From Hungateiclostridiaceae bacterium UBA1305 (lineage in GTDB: Bacteria; Bacillota; Clostridia; Acetivibrionales; DTU013), in contig DBTX01000008.1 of NCBI GenBank assembly GCA_002307275.1, positions 36,079 to 100,078 on the forward strand: a DNA stretch of 64,000 nucleotides. Direction: 5' to 3'. The notes beneath the pieces were generated by a model. That model had not been told where the DNA came from and did not search any database. It saw nothing but the letters and a program-made list of their open reading frames with translations. A program made the translations under genes and the position numbers. Shown here piece after piece: positions 43,366-53,809 of this stretch (positions are counted from its first letter, which is position 1; each line of letters starts with the position of its first letter).

Positions 43366-45867
43366 ATGGGAATAATAGTCAAGTATGTTTTGAGAAATAT
43401 AATTGAAAAGAAACTAAGGACGTTTTTAATACTTTTTTCGATCCTTCTGTCTTCCGCCCTCTTCTTTGCATCACAAGCCGTGACCGACAATGTGGTGAAA
43501 ATGTTTCTGGCAGACGCCAGGCAATTCTATGGTTCTACGGATATTATGGTCTATCCTGAAAAGGGTTCCCCTTCTCCTTATTTGAAAATAAGCCAGATGG
43601 ACTCCTTTGCTCCAAAGACAGAATATGTCATTGGTGCTTTGCAGGGATCCGCTTATTACAATCATGAGAGAAGGGAAACCGTTACAATAAATCTTCGCGG
43701 AACCACCCTTGAAGATATGAATATCATCAATCCGGTATTCATTGAAGGCACGACAGACGAGGGTTCCTTCAGCGGCAGAAAGATCATCCTCAGCAAAAAG
43801 GCTGCTGAGAAGTATGGATACAAAATAGGCGATTCGATCAAGTTGGAAATACAAGGTGAATTTTATAGATTCACTATCTATGCAGTTGCCAACCCTGAAG
43901 GCTTTTTTGCAGAGAGTGGTCAGACCGTGCATGCCCTGTTGCCAAAATCCACATTATCTTCCATCTATGGCGGCGGAAACAGTAACCTGAACAATATCAT
44001 TTTTGTCGGATTGAAGGATGGCATCGATCTGAATCAGAGTACGGAAGAACTGAAGGGCATCTATAAGCGGTACGGTGTAGAAGAACCGGTACCTGAAGAA
44101 GATATGAAGCGGAATGTACAATCCATGTCGGTCGGCTTTATGATGATGACTCTTGTTGTTGGATTTATGAGTATTTTTATCATTTACACTTCCTTCAAGG
44201 TCATCACACTCGAACGCCTGCCGATGATCGGAACCTTCCGCAGCATTGGAGCAACAAGGCGCACCACCGATCTGGTGCTTCTGGCGGAGAGCCTGCTTTA
44301 CGGGGTGATTGGCGGCATCATCGGCTGTGTTTTAGGCGTGGGCATCCTTTATCTTATTGTGTCGTTTATAACGCCCTCCTATATGAAAGGATATGGTTTA
44401 AGCCTTGTCTATACTCCGGCACAAATGGGTTCCGCATTCCTGGTAGCTGTGTTGATATCTCTTGCAAGCTCAGTCATACCGATTATCAAAACATCAAAAA
44501 TACCGGTCAAGGATATCGTATTGAATTCAATGGATAAAAAGGCGAAAAGCAAGTTCAAAAGGTATCTTCTGGGTGCTATTCTCCTGGTTTTATATATTCT
44601 TCTTCCTCCGTTGGTGCCGGAAAAGCTGGCTATCGCTGCTGACAGTATCAGCATGATGTTTTCCCTTATAGGTGTCATACTGCTGCTTCCGCTTATCACA
44701 TCAGGTTTTGTTCTGCTTTTTGAAAAAATATATGTACTGCTCTTTGGCAATATCGGTGTCATCGCTGCAAAGAACCTCAGACAGAACAAAAATATTCTCA
44801 ATAACATTTCATTGCTGTCCATAGCCATTTCAAGCCTTTTAATGATCACAACCATCAGTGACAGCGTACTGCTTGAAGTTGCCAGCTTTTACACAAGAAG
44901 CTCCAATTTCGACATCTACATGTCCATGCCGGGCGCAGGCAGATCCTTTGAACAATCGCTTACCTCAGTCGACGGTGTGAAGCAGGTGTGCGGAAATATC
45001 AGCACAAATGGAATAGAGGTAGTCGGTAAAGATTATAAGCTCGTAAGTGCCTATGGCATCAATACGGAAAAATTTCCTGATTTTTTCCTTTTTGATATGG
45101 AAGGGGATAAAAAAGCTCAGTTTGAAGCTCTCAATAAAGAGCGGAGCCTGATCATGTCCAATAATCTCCGTGAAAAGCTGGGTTTTAAAAAAGGAGATAT
45201 GATAACACTTAAAATGAATAAAGGGGATGTGGCTTACAAAATAATCGCTTTCCAGAATACCATGCTGGACAATGGAAGCAATGTAATGATCTCGGATAAA
45301 TTTTTCAAGGCGGACACCGGAATTCAGACTTACACGGAACTGTTCATCAGATCCGAAGGTGATCCGGATAAAACGGTGGCAGCCATCAAAAAGAAATATA
45401 TCCGAAATCAGCCAACCATCACTACAATGAAACAGATGGAAAAGGAAAACTATGAAATCAACAGCAGCGTTTTCCGCTCCATGGAGGCCTTTGCCTACCT
45501 GACACTGATCATTGGTATATTCGGCATCATCAACAACTATATCATCAGCTTTATCGAACGCAAACGTTCTCTGGCCATGTACCGTTCAATTGGCATGAGC
45601 AAACGGCAGACCATTAAAATGATGATCGTGGAGTCTGTCACCAGCGGTCTGATCGGAGCAATCATGGGAATCACTGCCGGGTTGATGATGATATACACGG
45701 TTCCATATGTAATGAAGGCTTTGTTTGCTCCAATGCCAATCCTGCTGAACCCGCTGACATTTGTTCTTTCATTCCTGCTGGGTGTGGTAATAACATTTGT
45801 CGCTTCTATCAGCCCGATTATGAAATCATCAAAGCTGAACCTGGTTACAGCTTTAAAATATGAGTAA
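43366..45867 (+). CDS. ABC transporter permease (FtsX/MacB-like, duplicated)
   Basis: ERLPMIGTFRSIGAT and ERKRSLAMYRSIGMS FtsX motifs; ends ALKYE. Confidence 0.92.
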   Translation: MGIIVKYVLRNIIEKKLRTFLILFSILLSSALFFASQAVTDNVVKMFLADARQFYGSTDIMVYPEKGSPSPYLKISQMDSFAPKTEYVIGALQGSAYYNHERRETVTINLRGTTLEDMNIINPVFIEGTTDEGSFSGRKIILSKKAAEKYGYKIGDSIKLEIQGEFYRFTIYAVANPEGFFAESGQTVHALLPKSTLSSIYGGGNSNLNNIIFVGLKDGIDLNQSTEELKGIYKRYGVEEPVPEEDMKRNVQSMSVGFMMMTLVVGFMSIFIIYTSFKVITLERLPMIGTFRSIGATRRTTDLVLLAESLLYGVIGGIIGCVLGVGILYLIVSFITPSYMKGYGLSLVYTPAQMGSAFLVAVLISLASSVIPIIKTSKIPVKDIVLNSMDKKAKSKFKRYLLGAILLVLYILLPPLVPEKLAIAADSISMMFSLIGVILLLPLITSGFVLLFEKIYVLLFGNIGVIAAKNLRQNKNILNNISLLSIAISSLLMITTISDSVLLEVASFYTRSSNFDIYMSMPGAGRSFEQSLTSVDGVKQVCGNISTNGIEVVGKDYKLVSAYGINTEKFPDFFLFDMEGDKKAQFEALNKERSLIMSNNLREKLGFKKGDMITLKMNKGDVAYKIIAFQNTMLDNGSNVMISDKFFKADTGIQTYTELFIRSEGDPDKTVAAIKKKYIRNQPTITTMKQMEKENYEINSSVFRSMEAFAYLTLIIGIFGIINNYIISFIERKRSLAMYRSIGMSKRQTIKMMIVESVTSGLIGAIMGITAGLMMIYTVPYVMKALFAPMPILLNPLTFVLSFLLGVVITFVASISPIMKSSKLNLVTALKYE

Positions 45868-45916
45868 GAAAAAGTTAAATAAAACAAATCGATAAAAAGA
45901 AAGGGAGATCATATAA

Positions 45917-46597
45917 ATGCCTGCAATTATTGAATCCGTAGCCCTTAACAAGACATATACCATGGGCAGGGTTGACGTCGAGGTACTAAAGGACATCAAC
46001 ATAACGATAGATGAAGGGGAGTTCGTCTCAATCATGGGACCGTCCGGTTCAGGCAAAAGCACGCTTTTGTATCTGATCGGCGGGCTTGACAAACCCACCT
46101 CCGGCCGAATCAGGATCAAAGGCCGTGAGATGGCCGATATGAAGGATGAGGAGGAAAGCAAGCTTCGCAGACAGGAAATCGGATTTATTTTTCAGTTTTA
46201 CAACCTGATACCCAATCTGAATGTGGAAGAAAATATCATGCTGCCGATTCTTCTGGATGGAAAAAAGCTGAAAGATTACAAAAAAGAGCTCGATAATATC
46301 CTGGAAATCGTCGGGCTCACCGACAGGCGGCACCATACGCCGAGGGAATTGTCAGGGGGCCAGCAGCAAAGGGTTGCCATAGCGAGAGCTTTGATCAATG
46401 AGCCCGATATCATTCTGGCTGATGAGCCCATTGGAAATCTGGACTCAAAAACAGGTATGGAGGTCATGGAGCTTCTTGCCAGAATCAATAAGGAAAAGGG
46501 CAAAACAATTATTCAGGTGACCCATTCAAAGGAAGCGGCTGAATACGGCCAAAGAATCATCAATGTAAAAGACGGAAAGGTGAGTGAAATAATATGA
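45917..46597 (+). CDS. ABC transporter ATP-binding protein (LolD/MacB type)
   Basis: GPSGSGKS, LSGGQQQR, ILADEP, VTH. Confidence 0.95.
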   Translation: MPAIIESVALNKTYTMGRVDVEVLKDINITIDEGEFVSIMGPSGSGKSTLLYLIGGLDKPTSGRIRIKGREMADMKDEEESKLRRQEIGFIFQFYNLIPNLNVEENIMLPILLDGKKLKDYKKELDNILEIVGLTDRRHHTPRELSGGQQQRVAIARALINEPDIILADEPIGNLDSKTGMEVMELLARINKEKGKTIIQVTHSKEAAEYGQRIINVKDGKVSEII

Positions 46598-47595
46598 AAA
46601 AAATATTATTGGTATTATTGGCAATAGGACTGCTTGCAAGCACGGCAGCATGCGGGAACGAGGCCGCAGCGGCACCTGTCGCTACTGCAGATCAGTCGCA
46701 GAATCAAAATGTGGAGGCTTTCGGCGTAGTAAAAGCCACTTCAGTAAAAAACATCACCCTGGATTTCCAAGCACCCATAACAAAGCTGTATATTAAAGAG
46801 GGCGAACGTGTAAAGTCAGGCCAGCCGCTTGTCGCACTGGATTTGTCGGAAATGGAAAATACGATTGGAAACAAGAACCTCTCCCTTGCCGCGGCAAAAA
46901 GCAATCTGAACCGCACACTGTCCAATACAGACCTGAAAAAGCTCCAGAATGACCAAAAAAATGCGCAAACCATTTATGACAAGGACGCAAAGGAACTTGA
47001 GACAAAAGAATCACTTTATTCTGCAGGGAGCATTACGCTCAATGACCTCGACAGCTTCAAAAAACAGGTAGATGGAGATAAAAAGAGTTTGCAGGATATC
47101 GCCTATGCTATCGAAAATCAGAAAACCAGCAAGGGTACTGAAAATGATCAGAAAATCCTGGAATCCTCCCTTCTGGAATCCGATCTGAAGCTGCTGGACA
47201 GCAGGCTTGCCAAACCTTATATTAAGGGATCAGATGTTATTTCGGATATAAATGACGGACTTGTTTATGACCTTGGTTATACACAGGGCGATATTGCAGG
47301 ACCGCAGAAAAAGCTCTTCAGTATCATGGATCTTAACACCCTTGTCGTGGAAGCAAATATCCCTGAAGAATTCATCAATGATGTGAAAGTGGGCTCAACT
47401 GTGAGCATTATTCCAACAGCAGACAAAACAAGGAAGTATACCGGCAAAGTATCTTACATCTCGGGAATCGCTTCAAACAACAATGGTGAAACGCAGATAC
47501 CCGTGAATATAACGGTAGACAATATGGATGATTTCCTCCTCCCCGGCTTCAATGTGGACATCAGCGTCACTGTGGATGCCAAGCCGGGTAAATAG
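46594..47595 (+). CDS. HlyD/MacA-like adaptor lipoprotein
   Basis: Lipobox-like TAAC; KEGERVKSGQPL lipoyl-like motif; coiled coil; LLPGFNVD. Confidence 0.85.
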   Translation: MKKILLVLLAIGLLASTAACGNEAAAAPVATADQSQNQNVEAFGVVKATSVKNITLDFQAPITKLYIKEGERVKSGQPLVALDLSEMENTIGNKNLSLAAAKSNLNRTLSNTDLKKLQNDQKNAQTIYDKDAKELETKESLYSAGSITLNDLDSFKKQVDGDKKSLQDIAYAIENQKTSKGTENDQKILESSLLESDLKLLDSRLAKPYIKGSDVISDINDGLVYDLGYTQGDIAGPQKKLFSIMDLNTLVVEANIPEEFINDVKVGSTVSIIPTADKTRKYTGKVSYISGIASNNNGETQIPVNITVDNMDDFLLPGFNVDISVTVDAKPGK

Positions 47596-47658
47596 TAGTT
47601 TTAAAACACACTTCTCAACTCAAATGGATGGGTAAAAAAAGAAGGGGCCAAAAAACAA

Positions 47659-47716
47659 AGGGGGATGGTTCTTGAATTGAATTTTTGAAAAAGTTCATGC
47701 CAAGAATCGTCCCCTC
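47659..47716. terminator. Long hairpin between convergent operons
   Basis: AGGGGGATGGTTCTTG ... CAAGAATCGTCCCCT (with G-U pairs). Confidence 0.6.
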
Positions 47717-47743
47717 TAATTTTATCTCTATAATTGCTATTAC

Positions 47744-48916
47744 TTATATTCTGTTCACGCCTGACTTGATGGCAGCAGCAGCAACAGCCTTTGCGACATT
47801 GGCGCCGACCCTTGGATCAAATGGTGCGGGAATAACATATTCCGCAGTCAGTTCTTCATCGGAAACAAGCTCTGCAATTGCCCTTGCAGCTGCAATCTTC
47901 ATTTCATCATTAATATCGCTTGCCCTTACATCCAATGCACCTCTGAAGAGGCCAGGGAATGCAAGCACGTTGTTGATCTGGTTCGGGAAGTCCGAACGGC
48001 CTGTGCCCATTACAGCAACACCGGCTGCTTTTGCTTCGTCCGGCATGATTTCGGGCGTAGGATTAGCCATAGCGAATACAAGGGGATCCTTTGCCATGGT
48101 CTTCACCATTTCCCCTGTCAGCATTCCTGCAGCTGATACACCGATAAATACATCTGAGCCGACAATGACATCTTTCAAAAGACCCTTTTTCATATGCAGG
48201 TTGGAGATCTTGGCCATTTCTGCCTTTTCAGCGTTCAGGTTGTCTCTTCCTTCATAAATGGCGCCCTTTGTATCGCAAAGGATAACCTTCTTCAGGCCCA
48301 TTGCCATTAAAAGCTTGGTGATTGCAATACCGGCCGCACCGGAACCATTGACAACAACTTCGATGTTACCGATATCTTTTTTCGTAAGCTTCAATGCATT
48401 CAGCATGGCTGCAAGCACTACGATAGCAGTTCCGTGCTGGTCATCATGGAAAATTGGGATATCGCATTCCGCTTTCAGGCGTCTTTCAATTTCAAAGCAT
48501 CTGGGTGCCGATATATCTTCAAGATTAACTCCGCCAAAACTGCCGGCCAATAGTTTAACCGTCTGTACGATATCTTCCACATTTTTTGAACGGATGCAAA
48601 GGGGGAATGCGTCAACATCGCCAAAAGTCTTGAATAGTACGCATTTACCTTCCATTACAGGCATTCCGGCTTCAGGTCCTATGTCGCCAAGGCCAAGTAC
48701 TGCTGTACCATCGGTAACCACGGCAACAAGATTCCATCTTCTTGTCAGTTGATAGGAAAGGTTCACATCCTTCTGAATTGCAAGGCAGGGTTCAGCAACA
48801 CCCGGGGTATATGCCAGTGAGAGATCATTTTTGTCTTTGACAGGAACCGTGCTGATAACTTCGATTTTACCCTTCCATTCACCGTGAAGCCTTAAAGATT
48901 CTTTTCTGTAATCCAT
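47744..48916 (-). CDS. NAD(P)-dependent malic enzyme
   Basis: AYTPGVA, DGTAVLGLG, NLEDI, HDDQHGT, GSGAAG, AMANPTPE, NQINN. Confidence 0.95.
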   Translation of the reverse strand: MDYRKESLRLHGEWKGKIEVISTVPVKDKNDLSLAYTPGVAEPCLAIQKDVNLSYQLTRRWNLVAVVTDGTAVLGLGDIGPEAGMPVMEGKCVLFKTFGDVDAFPLCIRSKNVEDIVQTVKLLAGSFGGVNLEDISAPRCFEIERRLKAECDIPIFHDDQHGTAIVVLAAMLNALKLTKKDIGNIEVVVNGSGAAGIAITKLLMAMGLKKVILCDTKGAIYEGRDNLNAEKAEMAKISNLHMKKGLLKDVIVGSDVFIGVSAAGMLTGEMVKTMAKDPLVFAMANPTPEIMPDEAKAAGVAVMGTGRSDFPNQINNVLAFPGLFRGALDVRASDINDEMKIAAARAIAELVSDEELTAEYVIPAPFDPRVGANVAKAVAAAAIKSGVNRI

Positions 48917-48967
48917 TGAACACACTCCTTAAAATTTTATCACATACTAATATCTTTCATTATGATA

Positions 48968-49909
48968 TTACATATCTTTTACTTCATTCAAAATAATCTT
49001 AAGCTGATCAGCCGAATACCTCAATGCAATCAGCTCATCGTCAGTCAGATTCAAATCCTCTATACCTTTTACACCGTTGGCATTTACAATGGAGGGAAGG
49101 CTCAGTGCGACATCCTCTATGCCGTAATTGCCATTGATCATGGAGGTTACTGTTCTGATCGTGTTTTGATTTTTAAGAAGAGATTCCAGAATGGTGTTGA
49201 CAGTGACTGCTATCGCATAGTAGGTCGCACCTTTTCTCTTGATGATCTCTGCACCTGCAGTCTTGACATTGTTAACAATAGCAGCTCTTTCCTCATCGCT
49301 GAGACCATTGTTGAAATATTCCCTGATATTGCGTCCTGCAATGTGGGTCGCGCTCCATAACGGGAGCTGGGAATCGCCATGTTCGCCGATGATATATCCG
49401 TGAACATTTTTTACGTCGACATCGAATTTTTCACTTAGCAGATACCTGAATCTTGAACTGTCAAGAACAGTTCCGGTTCCAAGAACTCTGCCATTCGGCA
49501 GACCCGACCATTTCTGGATCTTGTAGGTCAGAATGTCAACTGGATTTGCTACTACCAGAATAACGCCGCGTGTGTAGTATTTCATAATGTTGGCCGTAAT
49601 TTCCTTTGCAATGGCGACATTTTTCTTCGCGAGGTCAATACGTGTCTCCCCCGGCTTCCTATTGGCACCGGCAGTAATGATAATGGCATCACAATCCGCG
49701 ACGTCCTTGTAATCTCCGTCATATACGTTCATCTGACCGACGAACGGCAGACCATGATTGATATCCATGGCCTCTCCGGCAGCCTTATCTTTAAAAACAT
49801 CTATCAACACCATTTCATTTGTCATCTGCTTCAGCGATAATGCGAATGCTGTTGATGCCCCAACAAAACCTGCCCCGATAATTGCTACTTTAGATTTGTT
49901 ATTACCCAT
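48968..49909 (-). CDS. mdh: LDH/MDH-family dehydrogenase, most likely malate dehydrogenase (malate shunt)
   Basis: GAGFVG, NPVD, LDSSR, GEHGD; specificity loop GANRKPGETR has Arg (MDH type), not Gln; directly upstream of malic enzyme. Confidence 0.8.
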   Translation of the reverse strand: MGNNKSKVAIIGAGFVGASTAFALSLKQMTNEMVLIDVFKDKAAGEAMDINHGLPFVGQMNVYDGDYKDVADCDAIIITAGANRKPGETRIDLAKKNVAIAKEITANIMKYYTRGVILVVANPVDILTYKIQKWSGLPNGRVLGTGTVLDSSRFRYLLSEKFDVDVKNVHGYIIGEHGDSQLPLWSATHIAGRNIREYFNNGLSDEERAAIVNNVKTAGAEIIKRKGATYYAIAVTVNTILESLLKNQNTIRTVTSMINGNYGIEDVALSLPSIVNANGVKGIEDLNLTDDELIALRYSADQLKIILNEVKDM

Positions 49910-50019
49910 TTTGAACCATCCTTTAACTATTTTATATCACTTATTATGATCTTTATTTGAGCGATTATTTTAAAGAATAGCAAATTTTCAACGTGATATC
50001 AATACATATTTGATAAACT

Positions 50020-50037
50020 TTGTGATAAATTTAACAT
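50020..50037 (-). promoter_or_regulatory. Rex-like operator upstream of mdh-malic enzyme
   Basis: TTGTGATAAATTTAACAT is close to TTGTGAA-N4-TTCACAA. Confidence 0.55.
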
Positions 50038-50266
50038 CTTTATTTGTGCAAGATTACAAAACGCTATATTCCAGGCAATGAGTTTCCGGCAATCTGGAAT
50101 CAATTATTTTAATCAGAAAACAATTTTCCATAATCTTTCACTGTTATTCTGCAAATAAAGATTGCATATTGTATATAAAAAGCACATATTAAGAGTATGC
50201 ACTTCTATGCTTCATTTCACAGCACCATCGAATGTTACATGAAAAAATCTAAAAGGAGATGCCGAA

Positions 50267-50605
50267 ATGTTTGGAAAAAAGAAAATTCAAAAAGATAGAT
50301 ACATTATTGCAGTTAAGGACTATGAAGCTACATTAAAATCAATGAAGGAAGACAAAATCAAATTGCCGTTTGACAATGCTATTTATTTGAAGCTGCTGGG
50401 TGGACTGGATTCCAAAGTTGACAATTTGGATGATCTTAAAAAGTTTATAAAAGCAAACAATAAAGAAGTAAAGGAATATCTGCATTCCTGGGAGGGCCTT
50501 ATTTCAGGAGGCTATACAATCATGAATGTGGAATATCTGGAGAAAGTACCTTCTCTTGATAAATTGTGCAGCAGGGATACTGTAAAATTTGTGTGTAATG
50601 CCTGA
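50267..50605 (+). CDS. Hypothetical protein
   Basis: 112-aa ORF with AAGGAG RBS; no recognised motif. Confidence 0.7.
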   Translation: MFGKKKIQKDRYIIAVKDYEATLKSMKEDKIKLPFDNAIYLKLLGGLDSKVDNLDDLKKFIKANNKEVKEYLHSWEGLISGGYTIMNVEYLEKVPSLDKLCSRDTVKFVCNA

Positions 50606-50653
50606 TCAATAAATCAATAGAATTAAATTAAGCATAGACCTATAATAAGCATT

Positions 50654-50696
50654 CCGGATGCATGGGCGAGCAGTTGACTTTAGTCGGCGACCAGCC
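50654..50696 (-). repeat. Dispersed intergenic repeat, core-only copy 3
   Basis: Minus strand GGCTGGTCGC-cgactaaagtcaa-CTGCTCGCCCATGCATCCGG matches the core of copy 2. Confidence 0.75.
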
Positions 50697-50708
50697 CCAT
50701 CAGAGTGC

Positions 50709-51419
50709 TTATTTTGTCTTTTCCCCTCCAAAACGGTAACCGACCCCATGTACAGTAAGCAGGTATACCGGTGATTTAGAATCATCCTCAAGCTTTTGCC
50801 TGAGATTTTTGACGTGTGTGTCCACTGTCCTTTCAAAGCCTTCAAAATCATCACCGAGAGCCATATCCACAAGTTCGCTTCGTGTAAATGTCTTCCTTGG
50901 ATATTTGATAAGAGTCATGAGTATCCTGAATTCATTCGGCGTCAGGTTTGCAGAACTCCCGTTTTTTATCACCTCATGCTTGAGACTGTCAATAATCAGG
51001 TCATCATTATTAAACGAAATTGTGTTCGAAAGCGGCACAGGATCCTCCGCGGATCGGCGCATTATCGCTGCAGCCCTTGCTACCAGCTGCTTCGGACTGA
51101 ACGGCTTGGTCACATAATCATCCGCGCCAATATCAAGTCCCCTGAGAACACTCTCCTCTTCAACCTTTGCAGTCAGCATGATGATCGGCACCCTTGATTT
51201 TTTTCTAATCATCCTGCAGACCTCTTCACCTGTAATATCGGGAAGCATGAGATCCAGTACGACCAGTGACAGTTCAAGCCTTTCAAACAGTTCAAGCGCG
51301 TGTTTGCCGTCAAAAGCCGCATACACCTCATACCCGCCATGTTCAAGGTACGATTTGATTACCTCAACGATCTTGAGTTCATCATCCACAACCAATATTT
51401 TCTTCAAACCATTTGCCAT
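50709..51419 (-). CDS. OmpR/PhoB-family response regulator (no adjacent kinase)
   Basis: VVDDE, LDLMLP, GADDYVTKPF, RTVDTHVKNLRQK, TVHGVGYRF. Confidence 0.95.
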   Translation of the reverse strand: MANGLKKILVVDDELKIVEVIKSYLEHGGYEVYAAFDGKHALELFERLELSLVVLDLMLPDITGEEVCRMIRKKSRVPIIMLTAKVEEESVLRGLDIGADDYVTKPFSPKQLVARAAAIMRRSAEDPVPLSNTISFNNDDLIIDSLKHEVIKNGSSANLTPNEFRILMTLIKYPRKTFTRSELVDMALGDDFEGFERTVDTHVKNLRQKLEDDSKSPVYLLTVHGVGYRFGGEKTK

Positions 51420-51458
51420 ATCAACATTCCATTCCCAATTGAGCCATGATGGAACCCT

Positions 51459-52433
51459 CTAAAGGATCAGCTTTGGTGTATTCTTCATACAATTGATAAT
51501 ATCCTGCATGTCCGGAATAGCAGGGATGGCTCCCTTTTTTAACGTAGTTAGCGCACCCATTGCGTTTGCAAAATCCACCATATTTTCAATCTCATCCTTC
51601 TTCAGCGATTGCAGATCTTTACGACTCCTGTCTTTTAATTTATAGAGAATCCCGCCCAGGAACGCATCACCCGCGCCTGTCGTATCTACCACGTCCACAG
51701 CATATGTATTCAGCTTCCCTGTATCTCCATGATGCCTGTAGAACGTCCCTTTCGGACCAAGTGTTACAAAGATCAGTCCAATCCCCATATTATCGAGTAT
51801 TTTAGTTCCTTTTTCAAGGCTGCTTTCCTTTGTAATAAATTCAAGTTCCTCTTCGGAGATTTTAAGAACATCGGCATATTCGAGTCCGATCCTGATCCCA
51901 CGTTCGGCATCGGCAAGTGACCTCCACAGCGGCGGTCTGAGATTTGGGTCATAGCTGATGATCAAATCATGGTCCCTGGCAATGTTCAGGGCCTTAATCG
52001 TCGCACCTCTGGATGGCTCATCCGTCAGTGATATGGAACCAAAGTGGAATATTTTTGATCCGGCAATTACGCTTGCAGGTATATCATTCTTATCAAGCAT
52101 CATATCTGCGCCCGGATTGCGGTAAAAGCTGAAAGATCTGTCCCCTGAACGGTTCAGGTGTACGAATGCCAGCGTCGTATTTACAGTATCACATGTTTTC
52201 AGACCTGTTACGTCAATATGATTCTCAACCAGATACTCTCTCAGGAAGCTGCCGAACTGATCATAACCGACCTTTCCTATAAACGAGGTCCTGGCGCCCA
52301 ATCGTGTCAATGCCGCCAATACATTGGCCGGTGCTCCTCCGGGGTTTCTCTCGTAAATGGTATTGCCATTTTCAGACAAGCCCAGAGGCGTAAAATCGAT
52401 CAATAGTTCACCTAACGCAGTTACATCAAACAT
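51459..52433 (-). CDS. PfkB family carbohydrate kinase (fructokinase-like)
   Basis: GELLIDF, PGGAPANV, YDPNLR, DTTGAGDAF. Confidence 0.93.
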   Translation of the reverse strand: MFDVTALGELLIDFTPLGLSENGNTIYERNPGGAPANVLAALTRLGARTSFIGKVGYDQFGSFLREYLVENHIDVTGLKTCDTVNTTLAFVHLNRSGDRSFSFYRNPGADMMLDKNDIPASVIAGSKIFHFGSISLTDEPSRGATIKALNIARDHDLIISYDPNLRPPLWRSLADAERGIRIGLEYADVLKISEEELEFITKESSLEKGTKILDNMGIGLIFVTLGPKGTFYRHHGDTGKLNTYAVDVVDTTGAGDAFLGGILYKLKDRSRKDLQSLKKDEIENMVDFANAMGALTTLKKGAIPAIPDMQDIINCMKNTPKLIL

Positions 52434-52639
52434 AATACCCTCCATTATACCGAAATTAGCATCATAATATTCCAGCCCAATGCTAAACAGCCATTTTCCC
52501 GGAAATCAACATCCTATAGCTATATATTAACATATAAAAATCCAATTAAAAACAAAACCCCATCCCGGTGAAAATCCCGGGCAGGGTTCCGATTAAGTAT
52601 CAGACCTGCGGCTTATATTAAAAGGTATCCTGCTATGAT

Positions 52640-52801
52640 CTGCAGAAAATCAAGAAAATCAAAAAAAACGCCAAAATCATTGTTATTTCTACAATGGGAA
52701 ACATGACAAGCGTTTATGATGCCAAAGCAGCAGGAGCGTTCGGTTTTATCATAAAACCGTTCAAGGAGAACGATATTCTGAAGAATATGAGCAAGATCTG
52801 A
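52640..52801 (+). pseudogene. C-terminal half of a CheY-like receiver
   Basis: LQKIKKIKKNAKIIVISTMGNMTSVYDAKAAGAFGFIIKPFKENDILKNMSKI*; in-frame stop at 52619 and no phospho-acceptor half. Confidence 0.65.
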
Positions 52802-52887
52802 TGAATCATGTCACATAGAATTTTAAGGTTAATACAAGGCATATTGTTAAAAAGCGTATCGGACATTTGATCCAATACGCTCTATTA

Positions 52888-53682
52888 TTAATAACTGCCG
52901 CTGCTCCCGCCGCCGCCGCTGCTTCCACCGCCTCCGGACGAACCTCCGCCACCACCGCCGCCCCAGCCGCCGCGACCTCCCCAGCCACCCCGGCCGCCGA
53001 AGATTCTACTATAGAAAGCTATTCTCATTAATGCCATCGTCATTCTAAATCGGAAGAAGATCCCATCCACCAGCAAAAATGCAATACCCACAACCATGTA
53101 AATGATATTGCGGCTTGTCCTTGACGATGTGCGTGAACTATCGGTGGCAGCACGTGCCTGGCTGTTCCCGTCAATCGTCACACCATATTCCCTGGCCACT
53201 GTTTCTACGACTGCAGCATACCCGTTATAAATTCCGTTGTTATAGTCCTCATCTTTCAAATACGGATTCATGTATCCGGTTCTTATCTGTGCGGTCTGAA
53301 CATCCGTCAGGGCACCCTCAAGGCCATATCCTACCTCGATTCTCAGCATTCTCTCTTCAACGGAGTCCAGAATCAGGACCCCGTTGTCCTTGCCCTTCTG
53401 ACCGATCTTCCATTTTGTATAAAGTTCATTTGCATAGCTGTCTATATCCTGCCCGCCAAGAGTATTTATCGTCACGACTACAACCTGTGCCGTCGTTTTA
53501 TCCTCAAGCTCTTTCCCAAGGACTTGTATCTTATCCTGCGTATTTTGATCCAGCACATTTGCAAAATCATTTACAAAAAACTCAGATGTAGGTGAAGGGT
53601 AGTCTTCCGCAGCAATTACCGCAAACGATAACATGCTTGTTATTATTAATGCTAAAACGATCACAGCTAAAAGCTTTCTCAC
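52888..53682 (-). CDS. TPM-domain (YgcG-like) membrane protein with Gly-rich tail
   Basis: VNDFANVL, WKIG..GKDNGVL, RIEVGYGLEG, GGGSSGGGGSSGSY. Confidence 0.92.
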   Translation of the reverse strand: MRKLLAVIVLALIITSMLSFAVIAAEDYPSPTSEFFVNDFANVLDQNTQDKIQVLGKELEDKTTAQVVVVTINTLGGQDIDSYANELYTKWKIGQKGKDNGVLILDSVEERMLRIEVGYGLEGALTDVQTAQIRTGYMNPYLKDEDYNNGIYNGYAAVVETVAREYGVTIDGNSQARAATDSSRTSSRTSRNIIYMVVGIAFLLVDGIFFRFRMTMALMRIAFYSRIFGGRGGWGGRGGWGGGGGGGSSGGGGSSGGGGSSGSY

Positions 53683-53809
53683 CAGACACTACCTCTTTCC
53701 CTATCTGAATTACTTCATTTATGTTCCATTCTTTTTCATACGCAAATGACGATATGCAGACTTCCTGCTTCACTGTCAGTATGTCCTGCCAAGTCCCGGA
53801 ACGTTCTGC

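Noticed and set aside
48968-49909. L-lactate dehydrogenase (ldh)
   Set aside because: Arg at the specificity position and linkage to malic enzyme favour MDH.
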